Shown: in pieces, positions 12,292-25,754 of the stretch
Layout of the letters: each line of letters begins with the position of its first letter
How positions within the stretch are numbered: the stretch's first letter is position 1
DNA from: Phoronis australis
Taxonomy: Eukaryota; Animalia; Phoronida
NCBI GenBank assembly: GCA_002633005.1
Contig: NMRA01000758.1
Coordinates: 1 to 64,000 of the forward strand
Direction: 5' to 3'
DNA: 64,000 nucleotides
The notes under the pieces: model-generated
The model's database searches: none
Told to the model about the DNA's origin: nothing
The model's input: only the letters and a program-made list of their open reading frames with translations
Translations under genes and position numbers: made by a program

Positions 12292-15071
12292 CCGTAAACG
12301 TTCGGGTTAACGCCCATGCTCAGTTAACCACCCACCCCCTACTTTAGGTGGATTTTCGATTTAACCGCCCACTGCTCGGTTAACCGCCCATCTGCGATTT
12401 TTGAAGATTTCTAGTTAAGCGCCCACCTCTCGGTTAAGCGCCCATCCCCGACTTTTAAAGATTGAAGATTTTAGCGCCCAGTGCTACGCAAACGCGCGAT
12501 TCCCCGACTTTTAGATCGATGATCACAACTAGAGTGCAACGACGGCCTCCGAGCCGGCGGTTTGGCAACGTGAATTTTAATACAAGTAACGAATTCTTGT
12601 CTCGGGTCATGGATTTACTTCAAAATATAATACTTGAACGTTTTGTCACTTTATTTTCTTCTCATGTTCAAAAAGTTTAAGAACATCGCCGGCGTCAATA
12701 CCTCCGCTTTTAGCGACGCGGTCTGCGGCGCTGAGTTTCTGTCTGCAGTGCACTACATAAAACATGTATTCGAAAAAAATCGGGCCAGAGAAATGTGACA
12801 GTGGTTTTGCCAACCCTTCCAATTCGCTTTTGGTAGGAAGCTCTCGTATCTGGAAGAATTTCCATAACTCACGGAAACATTCAAATTGTCCCGATTTTGA
12901 TGAGTGTAATTGCCAGGTTATCGAGGATGTGTAGCGACCGAACGGACAGTGTACCTCGCTGGCCGATTTGCTGTCTCTCGATATCTGAATTCAAAGGTTA
13001 GCAATACGTTACTGGATGTTTGTGTATCATCTTGAAGAAATAAAAAAGTGCAAGTCAAATTTATTTTGTTTTTCGTTTATTGCATCTCGGGCAAGTTGAT
13101 TCCCCCAAAGTCGCGGGCGGCTCTCTGTAGTACGATTTCTTGCGACAGGCGTAACTATGAATTATCGTATCCACCTAGCGTTTTAGCTTCCCGAATATTT
13201 TTGTTTCTACATTGGGCAGTTTCAGCCTGAACAAAATTCTTACCATTCGAGTCTGAGACATCTACGACGTAACTGATTGGAAATTGGCTTCAGTGACAAT
13301 GACGTGCACGCAGCTAGCTACGGGCATGGAACATCGGGTCCAGGGATCATCGAGCCGGGAAATATTGGAACAGATATGACATTCATGTGTAGTTTTGGGT
13401 TATTTGAACGGAGGAAAATTGTAAAACACTGTTTTTTTGTAACAACAGCTTAAAAGTAGAGAGTCGCGCCGGTGTACTCCTTTACGTAGGGCTATCACTG
13501 TTCTCTTTTGATGTGCAGGCGTGTGAGTTCCCACACTCTGGAGTGCATATTACCTTGACAACAACATATATGATTGACAGGTGACTCATACGTACGCGCG
13601 TGCTGAATCCAGCCGCTGTCTTTTGTCACATAAAACAAGACTCATATTGAAAGAGGCTGTTAAATTACTTGACGGCATTTCCAAGTCCAGTGACGGCATA
13701 TTGTGCGCAAACAGCGGGACCGACCAGTGCCGCAGTGCGATATTGCCGTAGGTGATATTATAATGGGATAATCTGTACATATTGCGTGTAAAATAAATGT
13801 TTTTCGAGTTGCTTTATGTTTGCTAGGTAGGCCTATCTATTTTACCCCCCCCCAAAAAAAAACGGCTCGCGTAGGTTGGAATTTCCCGGTGGCAGGTACA
13901 AAACGTTTATAATCTTGGCTCGCATTTCCAAATTTCAGGTCTCCAAAGCGACCTGCAGTTCGTTATGCCGAGCGCGGAGTCTCGGTTGCAAAACACTGAC
14001 TCGGAAAGGACGCGTTGCTGGTTGAAGCTCTTCACTAATTTAGTCGTATAGCCCCGCAAACCACGGATGCCGGTTACCCGAAGAATTGGGGCTACATCTA
14101 CGAATTGTTTTTTACCGACGTCTATACGTGTACGAACTGGTAATTTTTTCCTCGGACTCTACTGTACGCGCTCACTAGACTCATCCCCAGTCATAGTGTT
14201 AGTAATTTTAAAATAAAATCTTAAGCAAATGCTTGTTTTTGAGTAATGCCTTTGCGGTAACTTTTGGTTGGCGACTGGCTCATGTCCGCTTACCCCCGAT
14301 TCTCATCTTTTTTGCGTGGCATGTTTCACGCAATTGGAAGTGGGCAACGCCGGGCGGTCGAGATAAAACAGCTAGCCGCAGAACCATGCGTTGAAAATGA
14401 GTCACGGAGTGTAATCTAATCTAATCTAATCTCCAACATAAACATCAAAAACACAAAAACACCTGAATTTGTTTTTCAAAATTTTATTACATCATTAATT
14501 TTAAAATTGGTCTTTGACTCGGAACTTGACAGCACCATAAATTTGATGTCTGCTGTGACCTCTGCAACACGTGAAGCTCGCGCCCGCACGCGCGCATTTC
14601 TAAAGTGTCATCGTGTGAGAATAGTTGCAATCCAAGTTATTGTTACTGGTCGTCTGCGCACTACAGCTCTAATACGATCACAATAAGGCACAGGGCTATT
14701 ACTCACCAATTTTGTAAATTTAATTGTGATTGACTAATCTGTGGGCAGCAAAACATTTCTTGGGATCGCCCGCTGTTATGACACTTTTAGCGGTATTTGG
14801 CGACTTGACAATAAAGTTCTTTGAAAAGTTCTACGCGTTCCGAGTACGTGTGTCGTGTGGTAATCTGATCATGAGGTAAGATTAACCGCCCAGGGCGGTT
14901 GTCTGTCGTAATAAGCGCTCATGCTCAGTTTACCGCCCACCCTGGATTTCTTGAAATTTTACGTTTAAGCGCCCATGTCTGGTTAACCGCCCATGTCTGG
15001 TTAACCGCCCACCCCCGATTTTTTGGGTTTGCCAATTTAACCGCCCAGGGCGTTAACCCGAACGTTTACGG
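12292..15071. mobile_element. Non-autonomous pogo/Tc1-like DNA transposon, 2.8 kb
   Basis: TA flanks; perfect TIR CCGTAAACGTTCGGGTTAACGCCC; multiple subterminal TTAA(C/G)CGCCCA motifs at both ends; no long ORF. Confidence 0.9.
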
Positions 15072-15144
15072 TAATACATTGTAACAAACATCTTTGCAGG
15101 TATGTAACTTGTTCTAAATATATGCACCACATTAGGGTTATGTT

Positions 15145-15623
15145 CAGGGCTTGGAATTTTCCGCGGAAACGCGGATTTCCGCTTTTTTCAAATGTTCTGT
15201 CTGCGTATTTTATTATATTTCCGCGTAAAAAAAAATCGGATTTGATATAAAATTTCCGCGGCAAATTTCTTTCTTACAGCCGCGTTGCCGGCGACTTTCA
15301 CCTCGAAAAGCAGAAGTTGTTCTTTATGTTTCGAAGGAACGTAAATTGTCAACACTGCCGGGGCATCTGGGATAGCGTGGTGGATTTCCTCAATGGTGGC
15401 TCGTGTGATTGTAAACCGCGGGACAAATACTACGACTCTGCAGCCAAAAATTGTTTGGAGGTGGCGGACGGCAGACGCACGCTTCTGGAGGTGGCACCTT
15501 TTTTTTTAGTTCTCGATTTTTGTCGGCAAAAGGTCCACACCGACTTTTTCAAGGCTGGCTGCGCGCATGTTTTAAGGCCGTAAAAATTTCAGCGTTTTTC
15601 GCCATTGGTCATTCCAAGCCCTG
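15145..15623. mobile_element. Small DNA transposon, same family as 5108-5336
   Basis: TIR CAGGGCTTGGAAT...ATTCCAAGCCCTG; flanks TATGTT/CATGTT. Confidence 0.7.
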
Positions 15624-15645
15624 CATGTTACAAATAAAAGGATGA

Positions 15646-18401
15646 CCGTGAAAGATTTATAGAGGGTTCAGAGTTTAACCTCCCACCCCAAGCCTTATTT
15701 GAAGACATGACCAAAAAAGCTGCTACTACAACAAAACTGTACCGCTGGTTGAAGGCCAACCTCCATCAACAACATCGTGGGTACAAAAACAAAAACGGCA
15801 CAGCCATCGTGTCTAAACCCCAAGTAAACCAACTTGGAAAAAATGAGGGGGGGGTTCACTCTGAAAATATATTTTTTTGCATTGTGAATTGCTGTTATGA
15901 AAATCAAGGCATTTCGAGTCTTCATGGCTCATCGGCAAAACTCCGGAGATCAATTGTGCGTGCGCTTCCGTCGACACTTCTGAAGTAGCCAAGCATTTAA
16001 ATGGATCCACCGCTGAAAGAGCAGCTCTATAGCTGATTTCTTTAGGTAACTAGTTTCTTTACTCTAACATATGTTTTGATTTGATTAGAGGAAATACTGT
16101 GGTGCCGCAACCCTGATATTCAGGCGAATTGACGTGCAACGTTTTTACCTAATCTGTCATGCCGGGTCATTCTGTTACACCCCACATGTGTGTAACTCGA
16201 ATTTGACTGGTGTATAGTAAAGTTGTCTTGCGCAATATCATACAGTGTACATGTACATGTATTACTTTTGAAAAAAACATTCGTTTTCTGAAGAATTGCT
16301 ATTGTGGCAGGCGCCGTGGTCTGGTCGCGAGTCTGTTTGAAGATGCACTCTAACAAGTTATGTCTATACAAGGAATGACCAAAGGGGACTCACACTGACA
16401 AAGTGAACGCATTCGCGAACAGTGTACAGTACCAGAAATTGCTGGGAGGCTGTATTTTCACAACAAAGTTTTGCGGGACTCGTGCGATGTTCAATAGGCC
16501 TCCTAAGGAGTCCTAGTGCCGACCTCAACATCTACCGTCTTTCTACCTGCAATACGCACCACTGCCGTTTTCTATACTGGAAATTTCCGCCCACCCGACG
16601 AAACGCCCATGCCCTTGGGCATTTATTTGATGTTAGTATTTCGGGTTTCAAGCGTTCAGACATTGGGACGTTTATTTCGAAAATTGCAAGAGATGCAAAT
16701 GGATCCTGGCATACATCGTCAAGGTTTGAAGTAGCCAATGATTAACGGATCAAATTTAGTTGCGCATGCTGTAACTAAGTCTTTTGAATGGACTTGGTAA
16801 TCTCAGGGAGCTTAGTGCCAACTGAGCTGCGAAACGAGATGCTGACATTGTAGAGGCGTACAAGCTCATTGACACAGCAGTTGACGAAGTGCAAGTGTTG
16901 GGAAAAAACGTCGAATATGTCTGAGTAGAATGGTTCCAAGAGGAGCAAACCATTGGATCTGATGTACAGATTCCTCGGCAGTCTAGACAAGAGAAAGATA
17001 GGACCAACGTTCCTGGAGAAACACCCAGGTAATAAGTTTGTAATAATGTCGGTTTTTAATGCTTGTGTACGATGAAAATGAAATAGAAATTATTTTTGGA
17101 CATGCCAAATTTACCCAGTACAGCAGAGGGTAATACGAGCGCACAGAAACTGATTCTGGTTTGTATTTCCACTTGAGTCTATCTGGTTCATATCCAAAAT
17201 CTATTTCACGTAGTGCGTAGTTAAATCTGTACTCAATACTTGTTTCTTCCAGTGAGTACTACAGAACGGTGCAAAAACCCTTTCTAGACAACCTCTTGCA
17301 GCAGTTGACCACCAGATATGTAAACTACATGTATGAGCAACCACTGGGGATTAAAAAGTGTCTAAAGAGAAGTTTTCAATTCAAAATTTTTTGCAAAGTA
17401 CGCTTTAGGTCTCGCGATGGACCAGGCCAGCTTGATTTGTGTAGATATCGAATTTCAGTGTACTTCTGGTCCCTCGGCAAACTAGTCTTGTGATGTTTTT
17501 ACCAAAGTGTGCTTTGTAAAACTATTTATCTCAGCCAGTACTATTTGGTCCCGCGACAGATTGACTATTTTTATAGGGATAATAAGCACAGGTGTACTTT
17601 TGGTCTCGTGACGGACCAGGCCAGAGTTTTTGTGTACTCTCAGTATACAAGTGGTCCCTCTGCGAACTGGTCCTGTATATCTTTTCACCACGGTGTACAG
17701 AATGTTTTGGTTTCATGAAACTGTTTTCAGATTATTTGTTTCATGATACATTTGACGTTTTTCAATTGTTGTCAACGTGATTCAGCTTAATAAAGTGATA
17801 CTAATTATTTATTATCGCTTTTAATAATAGACTATGAGCTGAGAGCACCATCGTTTGTCAGTTTTTCTCGTAACGAGAACGAACACATGTTTATTTCCGG
17901 ACTAAAAGTACAGGTCTTTGTTCTTAAACAGCTTCAGGCTGTTGCGATCATCTGACATTCAAGCTTTTATGACCCGTCGGTGCTCCTTATGCTCTTGAAT
18001 ATTTGGTAGTTGTCTAAACCCCTGTATACACACCACACTTTTTCGTATGCTAAAAAGGTGTGTGTAAGCAGATGTTCCAACAAAAATTTTTGCTGGTGGT
18101 GTGACTCATACCCAGATGTGCACAAATATGGTTTCACGAAACTTAAGAGCCAAGTTCATGTGACGAAATCTAGAAGGGTTTTAATTATCTTAAGAAATAC
18201 TCCAGGGACATGTTAAGTGCAGAAACGTACCAGGATGCATGGAAATTTCACTGTTTGGCTACAAAAACAAAAAAGTTTTCTTACACGGGAGGGGGGTTTA
18301 CCCCCGTCCCGACCTCCCCCCCGCTCGGTGCCATGCGCCTCGGATTCGACCTTTGCGGGAATCCTAAACCCCTCCTTACTGAAAACGTAGATCCGCCACT
18401 G
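15646..18401 (+). mobile_element. Decayed hAT element with PRKRIR/THAP12-like transposase remnants
   Basis: Broken + strand peptides KRDADIVEAYKLID...WFQE...IPRQSRQEKDRTNVPGETP|EYYRTVQKPFLDNLLQQLTTR resemble hAT transposases of the PRKRIR type; right end GTAGATCCGCCACTG is a hAT-type TIR; left end approximate. Confidence 0.7.
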
Positions 18402-18410
18402 GGAGCATCT

Positions 18411-18605
18411 ACACAGTGATGGCAGTGTGTATCAACAGTGACATTAGACCACATCACATCAAGTATGGAACATCCACACAGTGATGCCAGTGTGTATCAA
18501 CAGTGACATTAGACCACTTCACATCAAGTATGGAACAACTACACGGTGATGGCAGTGTGTATCAACAGTGACATTAGACCACCTCACATCAAGTATGGAA
18601 CATCT
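18411..18605. repeat. 65-bp tandem repeat x3
   Basis: ACACAGTGATGGCAGTGTGTATCAACAGTGACATTAGACCACATCACATCAAGTATGGAACATCC, units start at 18411, 18476, 18541. Confidence 0.9.
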
Positions 18606-20840
18606 AACTCCACCTCACTATACGCATGAGGACTGCATCACTAGGTCAACAGTCGACCGGCGTACAACTGACTCTTTGGCTGAAATTTTACATAAGAGGT
18701 GCACCAGGCAAGCCATTTACCTTCAAAGTTGGTGCCTCCACATTACACAACTTTTTGGTCTGCCGTTGGCAATTTGTTTTGTAAAAGTGAAAAGATTCGT
18801 AGTAGCTGGAGTTTTGAAAAACAAAATAGTGCTATTTCTATGATATTAATAGTGATAAACTAATGTCAAGTACAACAATTTTCAACTTTATCAACCAAGG
18901 ACTGCTACATTCCCTAATGCATTCACAAACAACAATTACCAAGACCAAAAATAGACTTTTTGGGGGTGTTACCAACACACAGTAATTGTAGATTTAGTTT
19001 GACAAATATGCAATGTCTATTGATAACTGAAGTGGTTGTGCAACAATTACATTGCTGGTAGTAGAGTGAAGAGAAAGTGACTTCCAGCACAAGCGATGAG
19101 GACATTACAATGGAAGGAAGGGGAGACAACTACAATGCCAAAGTAAACATTGGTCAAAATTAGTACCGTAGTTCTTCATTACCAAAGGATAACTTTATAT
19201 CTTATGCACTCTCATAATTGGATGCTTAGCCCTGATCAATCATCAATTATGAAAAATTTGTCCGATTCCCATTACTAATATCAGGAAGAGATAACCAGGA
19301 AGGGACAACTGTTTTAGCGCATTTTAACGGATATTCAAAAGTGATTTCAACAGTAAATGTTAAAAACGTCTGGAATCCAAGCATTGTGTTCGAAAGCTTA
19401 ACTCTTTAGCTATAAAATGACACCACTTCGGTCCCCAAAGACTGCATATTAATGGCACTAGGATGCTTTGAACATGTCTTGTTTTACCCTTAAAAAGATG
19501 CCTCTTCCCAGGCATGTACTCGGGCATGATCCTCTTTTTTGAACCAACAGATGTCACTTATATATGCAAATGAGGCTCGCATCTCCTACGTCATATGACG
19601 TCATACGACGCGAACTTCCAATTTGAACCATACCGTGCGAATGACTTGAAACGCGGTTCTACCTGATTGGGCAGATCTAAGAAAATTAGGAACTCACACA
19701 AGTCAATGTTCAAAGAACATTGAATGGTTTCACATGAAAATACATTTAATTGTATTTGGATGCGCTTGCATATGTGTAAGCGTGGACTTTGTCATTTTGC
19801 TTAAATCCAGATTTAGAAGCAAGTGTCAGTCAATAAATAAGCTGCTCCCGCCACGGGTGGCAGGTGTCGTGGCGTCCGAGTCGCCGGGAAGTCCGATCCA
19901 TGCATGCGCAATTCGACGAACTAATGCTAGTCGCTGGTCAGCTCCGCTATGATTCATTTGAGACGTGCGGCTTAGCTCGAACCTGTACCCGTGTTCTGGC
20001 TCCAAGGTCGTTCTGTTTGACCCAGTTTCGGGAAAAGTTTATTTTAATACGGTCATTTCCTGAAGATTTTTTTGAAAGATATGATCTCGAAATCCTTGGC
20101 CTATAGAGCTGTTGAAACACAGCCACTGGTCCAGCTTCTGCCGCCGAGCGGCTGGGGAAAATGCTATGGAACGCGTGTCCCAAAAATGCACACACTTCAA
20201 CTCCTGCAGTTCAAGTTCTTTTCCCGTCAATCGCTGTGCGCGGATTCTACGCGGGCAGCCAACACCTTATTTTTAACGTGGGTGCGTCACTGAGTCACGA
20301 CGTGTCCAGCCTTTGCAGTATGCACGGGAATGTCAAGCAAACGATTCGGTTTTAAGGACCTAAATTCATTGCACAATATTACTAGGAACGTACGAGCATC
20401 AAGGAAATGCAAAGACAATCTTTCCAAATTTACGAGCAATGACTTGAATTTCTTTTTTGATCCGATCTACGGTTTGTAAATTTCTTTAGTCTAGTTATTT
20501 TTAAAATTCAATACATTCATGAATATCACTTTTATCGTTTAGAGTCCTTCTTTGCGATATGGTGGTCTGATGATGGTTCGAATTTTTGCAAGTCCGTCCT
20601 TCAGCCTTCAACTAAGTTCAGTGACGCATCGCCATTTCTTACAAGACAGCTCCTGTGCTGTGCACGAATGTTTTGTGTTTTTGATTAATTTGAAATCTCA
20701 ACTTCCCCTCGTGAGTAGTTGGCAGTGTCATGTCGGAGGTGTATAGAGGGCGCAGCACTGAAAAAAGTGGGGGCTAAAGCCCCCTCAGCCCCCCTGCAGT
20801 GCACCGCCTATGGACCACTGAAAAACTTGAACTGAATAAA

Positions 20841-23030
20841 AGGAGAATGCCACCCGATTTAATTAGTCTTTTTTGCCTTATTAATTTGTCTATATCCACA
20901 TCGCCTCGCACACGGTCGACCTTATCTTGCCAAGAGGTGTCTCGTTAACCTGTGAGGAAGGTGAGAAACGGCGCTAGCGACGTCAGTGGTTCATCTGCAC
21001 TAAATGAGAGTGAATGCCGCTATGCTGCGGTGCATCGTTACCGCTTGTGCGAGCTATGCAGGTGCGAGGAAAGCGGGAATATCGTTTTTTCGACTTCAGT
21101 CCTTGAGAGTCCGAAATGTTTAGGAAGTGGATCGCAGTAGCGAAGAATGAAAAGTACGCTGTAAATAGCAAGTATGAGGTCGTGGAACATCTCCTTGTCT
21201 GTGGCCTGCAGTGGTCGACAGCTGCGTGAGTGCCTGACGAATCCCAGCTTGCCAAATAACTATCCCTACGTTCCGTTGTCTGAGCTTGTTCACGGCGCCT
21301 CTTTAGTATTTCTTCATCACTGTATTCCTGTTCGAACTGATAGCCTGTGAAACCTAACGATCCACCTGCGAAGTCTTCGTCGGGACTGATGAGCTCTCGT
21401 CTAAGTCGCGGGGGATTGCGAGTTGCCACGTTGACGTTTATCACTGAGCGTTCTGTTTCAAAATGAATTATTCTCACCCAAACTAATACTTATATAAAAC
21501 TGAAACAAAGTCTGTCTCATTAGATGTAATGCCTTTGGAGTGTTCCTGAGTGCAAACATGATTTGAGAAGCCAGCAATGAATAAATCCCTGCGTTACCGG
21601 CTTTAAGTGCAATAAAACTAATTGACGGGACACCGAGGCCGTGTTGTGTGGAATGAATTGGGAGAGCAAAAGTGATAACTGGTTCGTGTAAGGTTAAAAG
21701 AACAACTGGTTTTATTTGCACGGAAACTACAATATAATAATACAGTCATGCAGCCACGTGTAGTAATCACGTGGTACGAGTAGGAGGAGTTAAACTAACC
21801 AATAGTATTAAACGTGTAGGTGGGCCCAAATAAGGCACAATTCTCAGAACAGATAAAATCATCAAGAAGTCATTCTTGACATGTGTGAGCCCATGCTAAT
21901 TTAGTGTTAGATGGCAGAAACTGTTGTGAAACAACTAGATTTCCATCCCACGGCCAGGTGTTAGGGGAATCTTTATTTATATTTACATTATTCAAATACT
22001 GATTGTCAATGTACAGCTTCTGCCCTGACCATGCGCGCACCCAGGGGGGCTCGAACGAGCTAGGGCAAAGTGGCGAAGTGGACAAAAAGGTCCGCCTGTG
22101 GGAAACAAAAAAGTCCGAGAAAATGAGACTAAAGTCCTCTAAATAAGCACAATCGCGCAGTTCACAATGGTGCCACGTTTTTTTAGCTCACCCGCTTTTT
22201 TGTTACCAAAAGGTCCACAACGTCAGAAATTCGAGCCACACATATTGAAGGCTGGGTGTGAGCATGCTGACGGTGCTGTGGACAAAGCGGAATCTGAATT
22301 CGCGGCCCCGACGAGTAAGTAGGTTTGCAGTTCCGTGGCTATTCACCAACACAATCACGTGCACATTAATTACTTTGGCTCACTAGTATAGTATTTTCCT
22401 GACTACAAGTTTAGTTTCCAACTTTGGCTGGTTTATGGTCGTGATGTCTGATCAGTTTCCGAGCCACTGGTCGGGATAACGAGTCAGTCCGGCCGGCCGC
22501 GACGGGCCTGACCGGGCTCCGGCCGAGCCACTGGCCAGGATAACGAGCGTTTTGCGTGTTTAGAACTCAAAAAATCACAATTCTAAACAACACAGAATAG
22601 GTTCTCCTGTCTGTATCTCACGAAAAATACTTCGAATTTATCTCCGAAAAGACCCCAAACTCCTGCTACCGGACCTTATTGGCCTGCCGAACCGTTGTAG
22701 GCTACGGCCGTGTCCAAATACCAATAAATCCGTAACAGCAAAATAAAACAACACGTTTTTATACGAACTCGGTGTATTTTTAAGGGTTTTACATCGAAGT
22801 TTGATGATTTATTGGTGTAAAACGATGAATTCAAGCGATAAGCTGACACCAGTAACCCGTGTTGTGAACTGCTGAACAGACTCCGTGTGAAACCAATTAC
22901 GTCATTGGATAATTTGAAAACCTCAGTCTGCCGTCAGGTGTTAGGTAACGCAACCGCGCGTGCCGTTATGGAGTAGAACTACTCGATCTAAATTGATACA
23001 AATTAGGTTGTTTTTGGGTGGCAAGCTCCT
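20841..23030. mobile_element. Nested internally deleted Kolobok-like element
   Basis: Ends AGGAGAATGCCACCC / GGGTGGCAAGCTCCT, flanks TAAA/TTAA; decayed THAP (+, from 21022: MLRCIVTAC...GISFFRL...RKWI...VCGL) and - strand GYQFEQEYSDEE (KolX-like). Confidence 0.65.
22030..22266. mobile_element. MITE (~240 bp), second inverted copy at 32268-32509
   Basis: CATGCGCGCACCCAG...CTGGGTGTGAGCATG termini; CTGAC on both flanks. Confidence 0.6.
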
Positions 23031-25430
23031 TTAATACGCTCCGCAAAATTTTTGCTGCACAAATTTTCTCGAATTTTCGAAATACATTTATGAATGGTTA
23101 AGTGCACATTTTTAAGAGCGCTTAGACGACCTATGCTGCAAAAACGGAGACCCTAACAACAATTGTCCTGGTCAGGGCCCTCAAATGGTAAACCATACAC
23201 TGATACCGAGTTTCCAAAGTTCTATTGAGTTTTCACTCTGATCAGTATTCGAAGTCTTTCCTTTTTGTCTTTCCCCATCCCCACACCTTTGTCGGTTGCC
23301 ATCATCATGGTTTAACCCTGAGGCATCCAATTTTTTGGGGGTGGCACTCGCCCTCCCCCCGCTTACTAAGGTCCTGATGCAAGGAGTCCATCGTTGGTCC
23401 AAGGTCAATGTTGTGTTTCAACACGCACTCGTTGTATAGCTTGAGCATTAAATTAAAGGTTTAAGAAATACAGGAGCAGTTTTGCGCATTTAATTGTGCG
23501 TGTAAAAGGTTTTATGGATTCGTACCGAATTTGTTGCTGCAACTTGTCTCATGGGCCTGTACCCGGCGCGTGATCACAAATGTGGACACTAATTCGGCTA
23601 TTGCGCAAGTCGACTGTAGCAAGGTGGCCAGTGAAAATGTAAGGCAGCAGGCCAGTGGGCGTGTGTGCTTTCTAGTCTCTTATTATGAAAACCATTGAAG
23701 GCAATTATCAGCACCTGCAAACAAGAATTTTGAAGTATGGAGAATTTCAACAGGAGTTTGCTGTAGACTTAGTCGCGAAGCTGCAGACATTCCAGCCACG
23801 GTTACTGCCGGTCCTTTGAAGCAATTATAGCACATATATACGATTTTTTAAGAATGGCAAGGGTGCGTTTTGTGTTGACGGAAATGTCCATTGCGTCGAG
23901 GAATCTGAGGCATTTAATGATGAACAACTGTTGTGGCTTAATTTGGAAAAACACTTAGCAAAACTAACTTCCAAGTATGCATACTGTGGCGGAATTAAGA
24001 AATACGATTATGGCAGTGCTAACTGTAGCAGAGCCACAAAGTGTGCTAAAATGGTAGGAAATTAGGCATAACATTTCTGTAGCAGATAAAAGGTTGATTG
24101 GCGCAGGAAAAGGCCGAGGTCTTCAATGCTCAGAAAGATTTCGGCAGGCAAGAGACTTGCCAAGAAAATGACACAGTTGAGTCCGGGCATTCTAAAGGAA
24201 AGAACTGCAGCCAATTCCAGTTACTCGGTGCAACTTCTCTCACCCGACGGCGTTGTTTCACGATACCGCAACCTCAAACAACGTCAAAGAAACGAAACGC
24301 GTAGGGTGAGATATTTCAGAGTATTAATATTTATTCTTGGATACAGGTGTCCACCTCAAAATGAATAACCCACGGTCATTCTTTATGCCGATAGCAATGT
24401 TTTCGCCAACTGAAGAAGAACAGGAATCATAGACATCCCGCGCGCTCCGTCTATGGTTCTGACACTTCAAACTTTCAACACGATAGGTAGCCGCAGAAAG
24501 TTCGATGTTGACCTCATTCTAATCTTCTCTGCAATCCACAGTCTGGGGACGAAAACAATTCAAATCCGCTCCTCGAAATAGGGCTTGCTTAGCTGGAATT
24601 CAGAACTGCGGTCATGAGAGTGTTTTCACCTCCTGATTGCGAAGCGATCGAGTTAGCTGTGGTATCTTCATCAGCGCGTGCTCTCAGCGGGAGGTCACCG
24701 CTTTATGCACTCAAGCGCTCGACAACAACTAAACTGACGAGAGTCTCAGAACTCCCACATGCAAATTTGATATGCAAATGAGGGAGTACTTGACTACTGC
24801 GCCATCTATACATCGACGGAAAAGCTTAAATACCCGTGACTGCGTGTGGGAAATTGCGATTGCGTGCGCTGAAGTCGATATTTTCAAAGTACAATTACAC
24901 CACTGTTTAAGGTTGAAAAGTGAGTTTTTTTGATATCCTTCTATAGAAAAAGCTTAAATCTCTGATAAAATCATCTGTTTCCTTTTAAACGAAACTTAAT
25001 TCCTGAAATTAGTCCGGGGAAGGAGGCCAAAAACGGCGGTTTAGCTAGTTGTCCCTTCCTGGTTATCTCTTCCTGCTAATATTAAGTTTCATATGACTCA
25101 TCTCTTATTAATCTATTAACAACCAATTTTGGTTTCCCAACTAAGGAAATATGAAAGCAAAAGTGATTCTCAGTGGAATGAATACTTGTTTTGAAGGGTC
25201 CTTTTATTGTTAGCGCTTCATTCAGCAGTTCGGAATGTAGATTTCTATTTTCACAAAGCAGACACAATGCTTCAGTTTCGAAAGATGATGCTCAGTTGAA
25301 AATGCTCAATGACAGCATTCCATGACATCCCCTGTGTGTGAATTAAGCAAGAGGAAAAAGAAATATACATGGCCAGACAAGTAGAAACTATTTAATGAAA
25401 ACATTACATTTAACTCTGCAACCTTACACA

Positions 25431-25754
25431 TGGTGCAAGTGCATGTCACGCAGTGATAATGGTAACAATAACACCATGTCGCAGGATCACATGAGTACCA
25501 ACAACCAGGGTGTCAGCACCAAACAACAGGCTTCAGGGACATAACAACATGGTGTGCCAACACCATCATCAACAACAGCTTGTGGTGATGAGGCACTCTA
25601 CCAGTCCCTAAACTGTTCCAACACAGATGGTCAAGTGTATGAAGCACTGCATAATGGACCTGAAGGGATTCCACTTATTACAAACCTCTTATTACACAGG
25701 TTTTTGCAAAAATGTTTAAGCATTTGTAACAAGATTAACATAAAAGTGAATTGA
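25431..25754 (+). pseudogene. Probable decayed cytoplasmic exon of a receptor paralog with ITAM-like motif
   Basis: WCKCMSRSD...QGVSTKQQASGT*QHGVPTPSSTTACGDEALYQSLNCSNTDGQVYEALH; one in-frame stop (25542); no intact acceptor or upstream exons found. Confidence 0.4.

Larger units (their letters stand above)
19282..25075. mobile_element. 5.8-kb DNA transposon with 29-bp TIRs and 7-bp TSD (P-element-like?), carrying nested insertions
   Basis: CAGGAAGAGATAACCAGGAAGGGACAACT ... AGTTGTCCCTTCCTGGTTATCTCTTCCTG; CTAATAT on both flanks; superfamily call is inference from TSD length. Confidence 0.85.
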
